Part shown: in pieces, positions 18,228 through 28,191 of the stretch
Numbering within the stretch: position 1 is the stretch's first letter
Layout: each line of letters begins with the position of its first letter
Assembly: GCA_043819555.1 (NCBI GenBank)
Contig: JBDREQ010000025.1
Coordinates: forward strand, 128,001 to 192,000
From: Candidatus Zixiibacteriota bacterium
GTDB lineage: Bacteria > Zixibacteria > MSB-5A5 > GN15 > JAAZOE01
Direction of reading: 5' to 3'
DNA length: 64,000 nucleotides
Translations under genes and position numbers: made by a program
Notes under the pieces: generated by a model
Told to the model about the DNA's origin: nothing
What the model saw: the letters and a program-made list of their open reading frames with translations, nothing else
The model's database searches: none

Positions 18228-19337
18228 ATGGAATTACTTAAAAAAATTCTTATGTTCATCATTCTCCTGAGCATGGTGGGCGTTTCGGTTATGGGTTCAT
18301 CGGTGCGAATCAAAGATATTTCCCGCTTCCAGAGCGACGCTGAAATGGACCTTATTGGATACGGTCTTATTATCGGTCTTGACGGCAGCGGTGATGGCAA
18401 AGGCACTCAATTTACTATTCAGGCCCTGGTCAATATGATGGAGAGAATGGGATTGACTGTTGATGCCAATCAAGTAAAAGTCAAAAATGTTGCAGCCGTC
18501 ATGGTAACAGCCAAAATCACTTCGGCCTCCAAGCCGGGTTCGCGCATAGATGTCACCGTATCTTCGGTTGGTGACGCTACATCATTACAGGGCGGAACTC
18601 TCCTGATGACGCCGCTTTCGTCATTGGATGGAACCGTCTATGCGGTGGCTCAGGGCGCTGTGTCAATTGGCGGGTTTAATGTTCAACTGGAAGATGGTAA
18701 CAAAATTGTCAATAATTATACTCTGGTCGGACGGGTTCCCAATGGAGCTTTAGTCGATCGCCAGCCGCCTGAAACCGGGAATAATAAAGATCTGTTTCTG
18801 TCGCTGATCAATCCCGATTACACAACGTCTTCGCGGATAGTCGATGAGATAAATAAAGAATATGGCCTTTGCGCCTATGCCGTCGATGAAGGAAGCGTAA
18901 GAGTACGCGTCCCCGATTCGCTGGCGCATCCCAATGATAAAATTGATTTTATTTCTCGCATTGGCCGTTTGCGGGTTTCTCCCGATGTGGTTGCCAAAAT
19001 TGTCATAAATGAAAAAACTGGCACGATTGTGGCAGGACAAAACGTGTCAATAGCTCCTGTGGCGATGGCTCACGGAAACATAACGATTAACATTCGGACA
19101 ATGCCGGTCATATCCCAACCGGAGCCTTTTTCGGAAGGTGAGACGGTGGTTACATCTGAATCGCGTTTGTCGGTCGAAGAAGAATTGGCGCGCGTCATTC
19201 AGCTTCCTGAGATTGTCACAATTTCACAGGTTGCCAGCGCTCTCAATAGTATTGGAGCGACGCCCAGGGATATAATTGCCATCTTTCAGGCTTTGAAGGA
19301 AACCGGAGCTTTAAGAGCCGAGCTGGTATTGATGTAA
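18228..19337 (+). CDS. flgI: P-ring protein FlgI
   Basis: RIKDI, GYGLIIGLDGSGD, KNVAAVMVTA, SLQGGTLLMTPL. Confidence 0.96.
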   Translation: MELLKKILMFIILLSMVGVSVMGSSVRIKDISRFQSDAEMDLIGYGLIIGLDGSGDGKGTQFTIQALVNMMERMGLTVDANQVKVKNVAAVMVTAKITSASKPGSRIDVTVSSVGDATSLQGGTLLMTPLSSLDGTVYAVAQGAVSIGGFNVQLEDGNKIVNNYTLVGRVPNGALVDRQPPETGNNKDLFLSLINPDYTTSSRIVDEINKEYGLCAYAVDEGSVRVRVPDSLAHPNDKIDFISRIGRLRVSPDVVAKIVINEKTGTIVAGQNVSIAPVAMAHGNITINIRTMPVISQPEPFSEGETVVTSESRLSVEEELARVIQLPEIVTISQVASALNSIGATPRDIIAIFQALKETGALRAELVLM

Positions 19338-20231
19338 ATGAAAATTAATCCTTCACAGGCCGAGTTTGGAACGATTATAAAGCAATCGTTTGGCAAAATC
19401 TCTGGTGATGAATCCCTGGAGATGAAAAAGCATCGACTCCGCAAGGCGACCAAAGAATTTGAGTCGTATTTTGTTTTACATATGCTCAAGGCAATGCGTA
19501 AGACGATTCCTGAATCGGAATTGACGTCGGGCGGGCTCGGCCAGGGTATTTACACGGAAATGTTTGATGAACAGTTGGCCCGGAAGGTTTCGGGAACTTC
19601 GGCTAATAGTCTGGCCGATATGCTTTATAAATCGCTGGTGACCCAGCTTGAAGCGGGCGAAAATTCTGATAATGCCATAGATGATAAAATCAATACAGGA
19701 ATTTCAGATTTGCCTCGCAACGTGAATACTTCAGAAAAAAACGCAAATTCACTAAAGGCAGGGGAGAGTCAGATTGAAAAGAGCGAACACTCAATATCTC
19801 CACCTATTGTACTCAAACCGCAAATATCAAATGATCCCAGACTCTCCAAATTCGGACAGAGCATCAAGGCCGCCTCTCAAAAATACGCTTTAAGTCCTCA
19901 ACTGATTTATTCTGTGATACTGGCGGAATCGGGAGGTCAAGCGGATGCGGTTTCACACAAAGGAGCCAAAGGCCTTATGCAATTGACCGATACGACCGCA
20001 GTTGAAATGGGTGTGAGCGATAGCCTTGATCCGGCTCAGAATATCATGGGCGGAGCCAAATATCTGAGGATAATGCTCGATAATTTTGAAGGAAACCTAA
20101 AGCTGGCATTGGCCGCGTATAACGCTGGCCCCGGGATTGTTTCAAAATACAACGGTGTTCCACCATATCCTGAAACCGAAAAATATATTGAAAAAGTATT
20201 GGATATACTCCAGTCAAATAAAAGAGGATAA
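19338..20231 (+). CDS. flgJ: FlgJ rod-binding domain fused to an SLT lytic transglycosylase
   Basis: LRKATKEFES.F...MLKAMR..MFDEQLA; SLT motifs AESGG, GAKGLMQL, ALAAYNAG, ETEKY. Confidence 0.88.
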   Translation: MKINPSQAEFGTIIKQSFGKISGDESLEMKKHRLRKATKEFESYFVLHMLKAMRKTIPESELTSGGLGQGIYTEMFDEQLARKVSGTSANSLADMLYKSLVTQLEAGENSDNAIDDKINTGISDLPRNVNTSEKNANSLKAGESQIEKSEHSISPPIVLKPQISNDPRLSKFGQSIKAASQKYALSPQLIYSVILAESGGQADAVSHKGAKGLMQLTDTTAVEMGVSDSLDPAQNIMGGAKYLRIMLDNFEGNLKLALAAYNAGPGIVSKYNGVPPYPETEKYIEKVLDILQSNKRG

Positions 20232-20260
20232 TTGATTAAGACTTTGAGCTAAAGAGAATT

Positions 20261-20791
20261 ATGCAAAATACCGAAAATAGATATGTGGATGGAACCATGG
20301 AAAAACTATTGGATAGACTCATCAGTGTCATCGGCAGCGAAGCGACATTGTTCGAGAAATTTCTTGAATTGCTGGAAGTGCAACAAATGATGCTGGTTGA
20401 AAATAACACCGAAGAATTGCAATCGGTAACATCCCAATTACAAAGAATCGCGCTGGAATCCAGGAAGCTGGAAGATGAACGCGCCGAGATTGTCGAATCG
20501 ATTCGGATGCAGGGGGGCGAGAAAACGAATTTAAATGTTTCCCGAATTTGTGAAATGGCTGACCGATCCCGCTCGACACAATTGAAAACACTTCGGGAAA
20601 CGGTACTGGGTTTATATTCGCAAATCGAGGAAACCCGAATGCGCAATGGCCTTCTGATAAAGCAGTCGATGGATCAAATTAGAAATACAATGGAATCAAT
20701 CGGGCGAATTCCGGCCCAAAAGGACATCTATCAGGGAAAAGGAAACATCTTAAAAGAATATGCACCGATCGGTGTGGATAGGAGAATTTAG
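20261..20791 (+). CDS. flgN: FlgN export chaperone
   Basis: Helical protein directly before flgK, NGLLIKQS, C-terminal VDRRI; start may be the internal Met (MEKLL). Confidence 0.78.
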   Translation: MQNTENRYVDGTMEKLLDRLISVIGSEATLFEKFLELLEVQQMMLVENNTEELQSVTSQLQRIALESRKLEDERAEIVESIRMQGGEKTNLNVSRICEMADRSRSTQLKTLRETVLGLYSQIEETRMRNGLLIKQSMDQIRNTMESIGRIPAQKDIYQGKGNILKEYAPIGVDRRI

Positions 20792-20793
20792 AG

Positions 20794-22191
20794 ATGTCTG
20801 GCTTATTTCATGGATTGGAAATTGGCAAACGGGCATTACTCACGCATCAATTGTCAATGACGACGATTGGACATAACCTCGCCAATGTCAATACTCCCGG
20901 GTACTCCCGCCAGAGGGTCTCCATTACCTCGGCGATGCCGCTGGATATGGGCAAATTTAATATTGGTTCAGGCGTCACGGTCACGACAATCAACCATGTT
21001 CGTGATTTATTCCTGACTGATCAGTACCGGCGGGAAAGCAGGTCCCTCGGCGAATGGACTTATAAAGAAAAATCATTATCACAAATAGAATCGTTTTTCG
21101 CCGAACCCGGCGATGATAGTCTGGGAAGCGCCCTTAATAATTTCTGGGATAGCTGGTCCTCTCTTGCGGCCGGTGACGCCGATTCCTCGACTCCGCGGAA
21201 TCAGATTGTTGCCAGCGCAAGGACGCTTATCAATCACTTTCATGCAATGAACAGACAGGTAACTGAACTTATTTCGTCAACTGATAATGATATAGTAGAC
21301 CGGGTAGGACAACTTAATCAATATGGAAAGCAAATCGCCACTCTGAACAGATTGGTATCCAGTGAAGAACTGGGAGGACAAAACGCAAATGATTTGCGCG
21401 ACCAGCGGGATTATTTAGTTGATGAGCTTTCGAAACTGGTCGATGTGACAACTCGCGAAGAGAAAAATGGGAGTTTAAATGTTTTTGTCAATGGCCTTGC
21501 ATTAGTTGAAGATGCGGATATGCACGAGCTGATGACCAGAAAAATTAGTAAAGACAATATGGCGATAAATGAAATAATCTGGAAAGATACTTCAACCGCG
21601 GCCAAGCTAAAGGGCGGAGAATTGAAAGGCCTACTTGACGTGAGAGATACGATCGCTCCCCGCTTTCGCAGTCGTCTTGATGATATGGCCCAGACCCTGG
21701 TGACAGAACTGAATACTCTGCATCGGGCCGGAACCGATGTACACGGCGACACAGGATATAATTTCTTTAATCCGGTGTTCACGACCGCCGGGACAATCCA
21801 GCTTGATAATAACATTGCGCTTGATTCCGGACGCATTGCCGCGTCTTTAAGCGGCGAAATTGGGGATAATTCTAACGCCTTGGCCATCTACGATATCAGG
21901 AATAATCTGGTCGGAACGTTAGGGGAAACTTCTATTACGGAATACTATAATTCTACCGTGGGAATGATTGGGATAGAGACGCGTGAGGCGAAGACCTTCA
22001 AGGGCAATTTTGAGATACTGATACAGCAGATATCCAATTCGCGGGAATCTGTTCAGGGCGTTTCGCTTGATGAAGAAATGGCGAATCTTGTGAAAATGCA
22101 GCATTCATATAATGCGGCCGCCAGAGTTATAACGACAATGAATGATGCGCTCGGCACAGTCATTCAAGGAATGGGCGTAGTCGGGCGTTAA
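20794..22191 (+). CDS. flgK: Hook-associated protein FlgK
   Basis: GHNLANVNTPGYSRQ, NDLRDQRD, GVSLDEEM...Y.AAARVI. Confidence 0.95.
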   Translation: MSGLFHGLEIGKRALLTHQLSMTTIGHNLANVNTPGYSRQRVSITSAMPLDMGKFNIGSGVTVTTINHVRDLFLTDQYRRESRSLGEWTYKEKSLSQIESFFAEPGDDSLGSALNNFWDSWSSLAAGDADSSTPRNQIVASARTLINHFHAMNRQVTELISSTDNDIVDRVGQLNQYGKQIATLNRLVSSEELGGQNANDLRDQRDYLVDELSKLVDVTTREEKNGSLNVFVNGLALVEDADMHELMTRKISKDNMAINEIIWKDTSTAAKLKGGELKGLLDVRDTIAPRFRSRLDDMAQTLVTELNTLHRAGTDVHGDTGYNFFNPVFTTAGTIQLDNNIALDSGRIAASLSGEIGDNSNALAIYDIRNNLVGTLGETSITEYYNSTVGMIGIETREAKTFKGNFEILIQQISNSRESVQGVSLDEEMANLVKMQHSYNAAARVITTMNDALGTVIQGMGVVGR

Positions 22192-22225
22192 TTAAATTTA
22201 GGCAAGTTTCACCAAGGAGGGTGAC

Positions 22226-22540
22226 GTGCTGATATTGACAAGGAAGTTGGGGGAGTCTATCACCATTGGCGATGATATCAAGGTGACGGTTCTTGGTATC
22301 TATGGACGCCAGGTTAGATTAGGCATAGAAGCCCCTTTACGAGTGGTGGTGCATCGCGAGGAGATTTACGTAAAAATACAGAACGAAAATCATAAAGCGG
22401 CCAAAACCATTAAGGAGGACCTGACCAATGTGATGCGGGTTCTTAAGCATAAGTTGAAAAAAGGAGATGGCAGGCCCAAAAAGCCGCCTCAAATAAAACT
22501 TAAGCGCGACAATGATCATGGTTCAAGACCAAATGATTAA
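22226..22540 (+). CDS. csrA: Translational regulator CsrA with extended C-terminus
   Basis: [18 protein letters not shown]...GIEAP...HREEIY...ENHKAA; GTG start with AAGGAGG RBS. Confidence 0.95.
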   Translation: MLILTRKLGESITIGDDIKVTVLGIYGRQVRLGIEAPLRVVVHREEIYVKIQNENHKAAKTIKEDLTNVMRVLKHKLKKGDGRPKKPPQIKLKRDNDHGSRPND

Positions 22541-22555
22541 TCTGGAGATGATGAA

Positions 22556-22726
22556 ATGTTTGGAAGTAAAAAAAAACCAAAAGAAGACTATGAAGACCCG
22601 GCCACTAAATACGGTCGGATGGTAAGGGACAAAAAAGGTCGGAAGTGCTATGAAAAAAAACCCTCGTTATTATCCCGAATATTCAGTATCGGGCATGATA
22701 GCGATTTTGTTTATCACGAAGACTAA
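22556..22726 (+). CDS. Small basic hypothetical protein (56 aa), absent from the ORF track
   Basis: Hand translation: MFGSKKKPKEDYEDPATKYGRMVRDKKGRKCYEKKPSLLSRIFSIGHDSDFVYHED; GGAG at 22544-22547; fills the csrA-flgL gap. Confidence 0.6.
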   Translation: MFGSKKKPKEDYEDPATKYGRMVRDKKGRKCYEKKPSLLSRIFSIGHDSDFVYHED

Positions 22727-22741
22727 ACCGATAGGTGAGCT

Positions 22742-24670
22742 ATGCGTGTAACTAACCAGATGATGATCAACCGGACGATTTTTAATTTATCCCGGAACGC
22801 GTCAAGATTTATGGATCTGCAAAGCATGCTATCCACCGGAAGACGAATAAATATCCCGTCCGATGATCCCATCGGAACGCAGAAAGATTTAAACTATCGA
22901 TCAAGACTGGCAGAAATAACTCAATTCAAATCCAATGTCAGCCAGGCGTCCGGCAGACTGTCATTCTATGAAGACACGCTGAGCGATTTAAAAAGCTTAT
23001 ACGAATCAGCGACACTGACCGCTACGGCTATGTCAAATGATACCTACACCGAAGTCGAACGTGAGGCGGCCGCCAATGAAGTGGATTCCATCTATCAACA
23101 GATACTTCAGCTGGCCAATAAACAAATTGACGGGCGCTATATTTATTCCGGGCATCGCATTCGAACGGCCCCGCTGGAAGCCAGTACGAATGGGGTTATT
23201 TATAACGGCGATACCGGGATTTTGGAAAGCGGAATAGAGGGCTCGGAGCGGTTTATCACTAACCTAAACGGACGGGAAACATTTTTTTCACCGCTTATGA
23301 CTCTCGGTGAAAACGGAAATCTCAGCGTTGGTATTACTGATATCACAAATCTTGCGGATTTAAATACCGGCGCCGGAATTGATCAAATACCGGGCACTTT
23401 TGAGATTCACGATGCTAATCGCGACCTTACTTATGTTATAGATATCTCCGGTGATACCACTATTGGCGATGTAATTTCAAACATAAATACAAATATAGGA
23501 GTCGGTGGAAATCTGACACTTGATATTTCCGGTTCAGGTAATTCCCTGGTTTGGCAGCCCGAAATAGGAACAATTAATACCGTAACCGATCTGACCCCGC
23601 TTGCCAATCTTCGCGAAGGAAGCGGAATATCCAAAGCCCCGGGACTTTTTAGAATCCGAAACTCTTCTTCCACTATAGATTTTACTGTAGATGTTTCAGG
23701 CGCGACAAATCTTGGCGAAGTCCGAAATGCAATAACCTCAGCCCTTACCGATGCGGGGATTTCAAATGTGTCGGTAGGTTTTAATGCCAATGGAACCGGA
23801 CTAGCCATTACCGATTCCAATGCCGTTCCTCTTGATTTGATTATTGAGGATATGGACGCGGAACAATCGACGGCTTCCGAACTTGGTATAGCTGGCAATG
23901 TTGGGGCCGGTCTCGAGGGCGCTGATTTGCGTCCCAAACCTGTATTTACAATACGAGACATCGGCAGTCAGACGACTGCGGCAAACTTGGGATTATTGGG
24001 AAGTATCCGCCAAAACACTGTCGGTCAGGAAATTCGCCCCCGATTGACAGGTGATTCGACTCTTTCTTCATTAAATAATAATAATGGCTTTGGATTGGGA
24101 GAAATCCAGATTTCTCAGGGTATTAGGACGGTAGTTATCAATCTGGGTAATTCATCTTTGACCACAATCGATGACGCGATCAATGCCCTAAACTCATCCG
24201 GTCTCGATATACAGGCGTCAATTAATGATTCCGAATCCGGCATTCAAATAGTCTCAACAATTCCTGATGAAACCTTGATTATCAAAAGTGCCGATTCATC
24301 AAGAACAGCCGAAGCGCTTGGTATCGCGGGCTCTCCTGATATGCTGGGTTCTATGATTTTGCTTTCCGATGCGCTGCACAATAATAATAGAGAATTAGCG
24401 GCGTCGTTAATGGAAAACCTTGATTTGGCCATGCAGAAATTATTGAAATCCCGCGCCGATGTAGGGTCGCGCATGATGAGACTGGATGCGACCCGGAATA
24501 GACTTGAATCATCCGAGACAACGATAACCAAAATGCTATCAGAGGTTGAGGACGCAGATATTATCAGCCTCATCAGTGATGTCGCGCGCGAAGAAAACCT
24601 GTATCAGGCGGCATTGGTGGCCAGCTCCAAGATAATTCAGCCATCTTTGATGGATTTTTTACAATATTAG
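22742..24670 (+). CDS. flgL: Hook-associated protein FlgL (long form)
   Basis: MRVTNQM, STGRRINIPSDDP, GRYIYSG, C-terminal YQAAL...QPSLMDFL. Confidence 0.93.
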   Translation: MRVTNQMMINRTIFNLSRNASRFMDLQSMLSTGRRINIPSDDPIGTQKDLNYRSRLAEITQFKSNVSQASGRLSFYEDTLSDLKSLYESATLTATAMSNDTYTEVEREAAANEVDSIYQQILQLANKQIDGRYIYSGHRIRTAPLEASTNGVIYNGDTGILESGIEGSERFITNLNGRETFFSPLMTLGENGNLSVGITDITNLADLNTGAGIDQIPGTFEIHDANRDLTYVIDISGDTTIGDVISNINTNIGVGGNLTLDISGSGNSLVWQPEIGTINTVTDLTPLANLREGSGISKAPGLFRIRNSSSTIDFTVDVSGATNLGEVRNAITSALTDAGISNVSVGFNANGTGLAITDSNAVPLDLIIEDMDAEQSTASELGIAGNVGAGLEGADLRPKPVFTIRDIGSQTTAANLGLLGSIRQNTVGQEIRPRLTGDSTLSSLNNNNGFGLGEIQISQGIRTVVINLGNSSLTTIDDAINALNSSGLDIQASINDSESGIQIVSTIPDETLIIKSADSSRTAEALGIAGSPDMLGSMILLSDALHNNNRELAASLMENLDLAMQKLLKSRADVGSRMMRLDATRNRLESSETTITKMLSEVEDADIISLISDVAREENLYQAALVASSKIIQPSLMDFLQY

Positions 24671-24687
24671 GAAAATAAGGATTAGAC

Positions 24688-25164
24688 ATGAAAGTCATAA
24701 CTGAAAGATTTGGCGAGCTTGAAATAAGCGAAGATTTGATTATAACCATGACAAAACCGCTCCTGGGTTTTGAGCATTTGCGGGAATATGTCATTGTTGA
24801 AACCGATGATTTCGAGCCATTTAAGTGGTTCCAGTCTATCGAGGATCCCGGCGCGGCTTTTGTTATAATAAATCCTCTTAATTTTTTCAAAGAATATACT
24901 GTCGAAGTCAATCCCAAAGAGGTTGAAGAGTTAAATGTTGACCGGGTTGAGGATGTTCTGACTTACACGATTGTAACCATACCCCAGGATTATACAAAAA
25001 TGACCGCGAACCTGCAGGGTCCGATTTTGATAAATTCCGTAACACGGCTGGCAAAACAATTAGTCATGGTGAATTCTCATTACAATATAAAACACCGCAT
25101 GTTTGAGGATTTAAGGAAAGACTATGAACCGGCAGTAGAGCAAAGGGAATTGGCGGAAGTGTAG
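24688..25164 (+). CDS. fliW: Flagellar assembly factor FliW
   Basis: TERFG, LLGFE, WFQS, MTANLQGPILIN. Confidence 0.93.
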   Translation: MKVITERFGELEISEDLIITMTKPLLGFEHLREYVIVETDDFEPFKWFQSIEDPGAAFVIINPLNFFKEYTVEVNPKEVEELNVDRVEDVLTYTIVTIPQDYTKMTANLQGPILINSVTRLAKQLVMVNSHYNIKHRMFEDLRKDYEPAVEQRELAEV

Positions 25165-25244
25165 ACAAATATCAAAACCCCGAACAATTCATACTTGCCG
25201 CCATGCGTCCATTCGAGTGAAACTTCTTTTCTTGGCAAATAAAC

Positions 25245-27929
25245 ATGAGCAAACGAAAGAGCCGAAATAAAAAAATATCTCATAGAAGAAAATCGCGCTT
25301 AAGCTCTATTCAGCCTGATGAAAATAACCTGAGACGACAATTGGAAAAAAATCCAGGGGACGACGATGCGCGATATCAACTGGCTCAATACTACTTTGAA
25401 TCAAAACATGCTGAGAAAGCTCTCGAAATTGCCCTGCCGCTTGCTCAAAATATCCCAGAACAAAATAAAAACAAAAAAGCGATAATTTATCGTTTTATTG
25501 CCTTTGCGGCTCTTTATGCCAATAGACTCGAAGAAGCTGAGGCATATTCAAAACAAGGAATCGTACTTGCGTATCATTCTCTCGATTTTTATTTTGTCGC
25601 CGCAATAACATCCGCCCGCCTAAATAAATTTGAATCGGCCAAAAAATATGCGGAAACATATCTGGATATTTGGGGCATGATAGACCATGGCGATAAAATA
25701 GCCAATCCCCTCAATCTTTCCTATAATATGAAATATCAGCTTCTCAGCGCTTACGGTGCCATTTTAAATGAATTGAATGACAGGGAAAAGGCCGAACAGG
25801 TTTTAATGGAAGCGATAGAAAATAATCGGGGGTTCGAACCAAGCTATATCAATCTTGCGGTTCTTTACAAATCACAAGGAGATTTTACAAAGGCATTTGA
25901 TATAATAAAGCAAGGTCTAAAATCCAATCCTAATTCTCCCAAACTGCGGAAAATGATCGACTGGTCTGACAATCGGGCTACAATTTCGGCCTGCATGATA
26001 GTGAAAGACGAAGAAGAATTTCTGCCGCGATGTTTGAAATCAATCAAGGATGTAGTTGACGAAATTATCCTCGTCGATACCGGATCGACCGATCGCACTA
26101 TCGAAATTGCCAAAGAATTCGGCTGCAATATTTATCATTATCCATGGAAAGGTGATTTTTCCTCAGCGCGAAACGAATCCATGAAGTACGCCACCAAAGA
26201 CTGGATTTTTATTATCGATGCCGATGAAGAACTTCCACCTGAAGAAATACCCCAGTTAAGACTTGTTACCAGTCAAAATGAGTTTGATATTATATCAATT
26301 TCGGTAATCAATAAAAATCTGGAATCTGGTCAGGTGACTTCTTTCTTACCTTCGGTTCGGCTGGTAAAAAGACATCTCGATTTGAAATATTACGGCATCG
26401 TCCACAACCGGCTTGATATTCCAAAAGACCTGCTCGCTTTGCGAAGCGAGATTCAGCTATTTCATTATGGGTATGATATCGCCCAAGACAAACTGGATAA
26501 AAAACTGAAGCGGTCAAAGGAACTTTTGGATAAACAGCTGGAGAAAAACCCAGATGATGTTTATGCCAATTTTAATATGGCCCAGCTTCTCCGGGGATAT
26601 AAAAACTCATCCAGTGAGGAAATTAGCCATAAAATTGTCGAACATGCCAACCGTGTCATAAATAATCCCGATTCAAAAAAACCGATGTATTTCGGGCAAC
26701 GAATAATGGCCCTTTATCAAAAAGCAATCGGTCTTTGTGCCTTGCGAAAATATGAAGAAGCGGAGGAGTGTTGCCGGGAAGCGTTAGAAAAGAAGCCCGA
26801 TTACCTTGATCCCATCCTTACTCTGGGTGATATTTATAATTATTTGACCCAATTTGAAAAAGCCAAAAAGTATTACCATTTATATCTGGATTCACAAAAG
26901 AGTTATAACGCGGGGGATGAAAAAGACAATATTATTTTGCATAATCTTGAAGCTCGACATAAAGCCTGGTTTGGATTGGGATTGATAGGCGAAGGGGAGG
27001 ACAATCCGGAGGAAGCGATAAATGCCTTTCGGCACGTTCTGAAAAACAAAGATCCCTACCTTGATACAGGCATGCGTCTTGGCAAATTGTATCTGGATAA
27101 CCATCGCATGGATGAGGCCGAAGGAATATTCCTCAAGGAAATTTCCCGAAATGACGCTGATGCCATTGCATATCATGGTATGGGCTGTGTTATGACAATA
27201 AGGAGAAAAGACTCCGAGGCCATTATATATTTGGGAAAGGCAATTCAATTAAAACCTGATTTTGCGGAATGCCGGCTTATGTTAGGCCAATTACAATCAA
27301 AATCAGACAATATTGACGAGGGATCAAAAAATATAATTACGGCCGCGGAATCAAACCCCTCAGATTCAGAAATCAATTTTGAAGCGGGAAATAGTCTATT
27401 TGAAATCGGCAATTTTGAAAAATCGATTGACTGTTATACAAGAATTCTGGCGACAAATCCGGATAATGGAAAGGCCCTTAACAATCTGGGAAACTGTTAT
27501 TTTAAGATGAATCAATACCAGCGAGCCGTTGAGATATACAATCAATTGCTAAAAATAAATCCGGATTACTGGCCGGCTTACAAGAATCTCGGCCTTTCAT
27601 ATTCCCACAATCAGGCCCCTGAAAAAGCCATTCCGGTATTAATGCAATACTCTAATAAAACGCCTGATGATATTGGAATATATAATGTTATGGGATGTTG
27701 TATGTCGGATTTGGGGAAGTATAATAATGCTATAATGTGCTTTGAAAAATATCTCAAAAGTTATCCCCGCGATTATATCTGTCTTTTAAATATGGCCGAT
27801 GCCTATTATAAGCTGGGAGCGATTGACGCCGCTGGGATGGGGTACCGGCAGGTTTTGGAAATTTCTCCCGATTGTTCAATGGCAAGGGAGAGACTTGACC
27901 GATTGGAAAGCGTTGGGGCGGCAAATTAA
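25245..27929 (+). CDS. TPR-GT2-TPR glycosyltransferase, probable flagellin glycosyltransferase
   Basis: ISACMIVKDEE, VDTGSTDRT, DFSSARN, IDADE, HYGY; flanking TPR repeats; directly upstream of fliC. Confidence 0.88.
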   Translation: MSKRKSRNKKISHRRKSRLSSIQPDENNLRRQLEKNPGDDDARYQLAQYYFESKHAEKALEIALPLAQNIPEQNKNKKAIIYRFIAFAALYANRLEEAEAYSKQGIVLAYHSLDFYFVAAITSARLNKFESAKKYAETYLDIWGMIDHGDKIANPLNLSYNMKYQLLSAYGAILNELNDREKAEQVLMEAIENNRGFEPSYINLAVLYKSQGDFTKAFDIIKQGLKSNPNSPKLRKMIDWSDNRATISACMIVKDEEEFLPRCLKSIKDVVDEIILVDTGSTDRTIEIAKEFGCNIYHYPWKGDFSSARNESMKYATKDWIFIIDADEELPPEEIPQLRLVTSQNEFDIISISVINKNLESGQVTSFLPSVRLVKRHLDLKYYGIVHNRLDIPKDLLALRSEIQLFHYGYDIAQDKLDKKLKRSKELLDKQLEKNPDDVYANFNMAQLLRGYKNSSSEEISHKIVEHANRVINNPDSKKPMYFGQRIMALYQKAIGLCALRKYEEAEECCREALEKKPDYLDPILTLGDIYNYLTQFEKAKKYYHLYLDSQKSYNAGDEKDNIILHNLEARHKAWFGLGLIGEGEDNPEEAINAFRHVLKNKDPYLDTGMRLGKLYLDNHRMDEAEGIFLKEISRNDADAIAYHGMGCVMTIRRKDSEAIIYLGKAIQLKPDFAECRLMLGQLQSKSDNIDEGSKNIITAAESNPSDSEINFEAGNSLFEIGNFEKSIDCYTRILATNPDNGKALNNLGNCYFKMNQYQRAVEIYNQLLKINPDYWPAYKNLGLSYSHNQAPEKAIPVLMQYSNKTPDDIGIYNVMGCCMSDLGKYNNAIMCFEKYLKSYPRDYICLLNMADAYYKLGAIDAAGMGYRQVLEISPDCSMARERLDRLESVGAAN

Positions 27930-27976
27930 CCCCCTTAATTTCAGCCATTTAATACAAAATACCTTCCAAAAACTTA

Positions 27977-28003
27977 TAAAGTCAAAGCGTAATATGCCGA
28001 TTT
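27977..28003 (+). promoter_or_regulatory. Sigma28 (FliA/SigD) promoter of fliC
   Basis: TAAA-N15-GCCGATTT with canonical spacing. Confidence 0.85.
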
Positions 28004-28113
28004 AATTAATGAATAAGTAGATAAGTACGGTCACGCTAACCGAACAATAAAAGGAATGGCGGAAGACTTGAATTTTGAATTGAAAAATAAACGATTGTTA
28101 ATAGGAATATTGT

Positions 28114-28184
28114 GCCATGGAGTGGCGGCAATCTTAATCCAAGGACATCGCGGGCATGGACGTCTCGCCATGTTTCAAGGAGGA
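28114..28184 (+). promoter_or_regulatory. Cluster of CsrA-binding sites in the fliC leader
   Basis: CAWGGA at 28116, 28140, 28155 and 28176 (the last overlaps the SD); GCCA-TGGAG-TGGC hairpin with GGA in the loop. Confidence 0.75.
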
Positions 28185-28191
28185 AAAGTAA

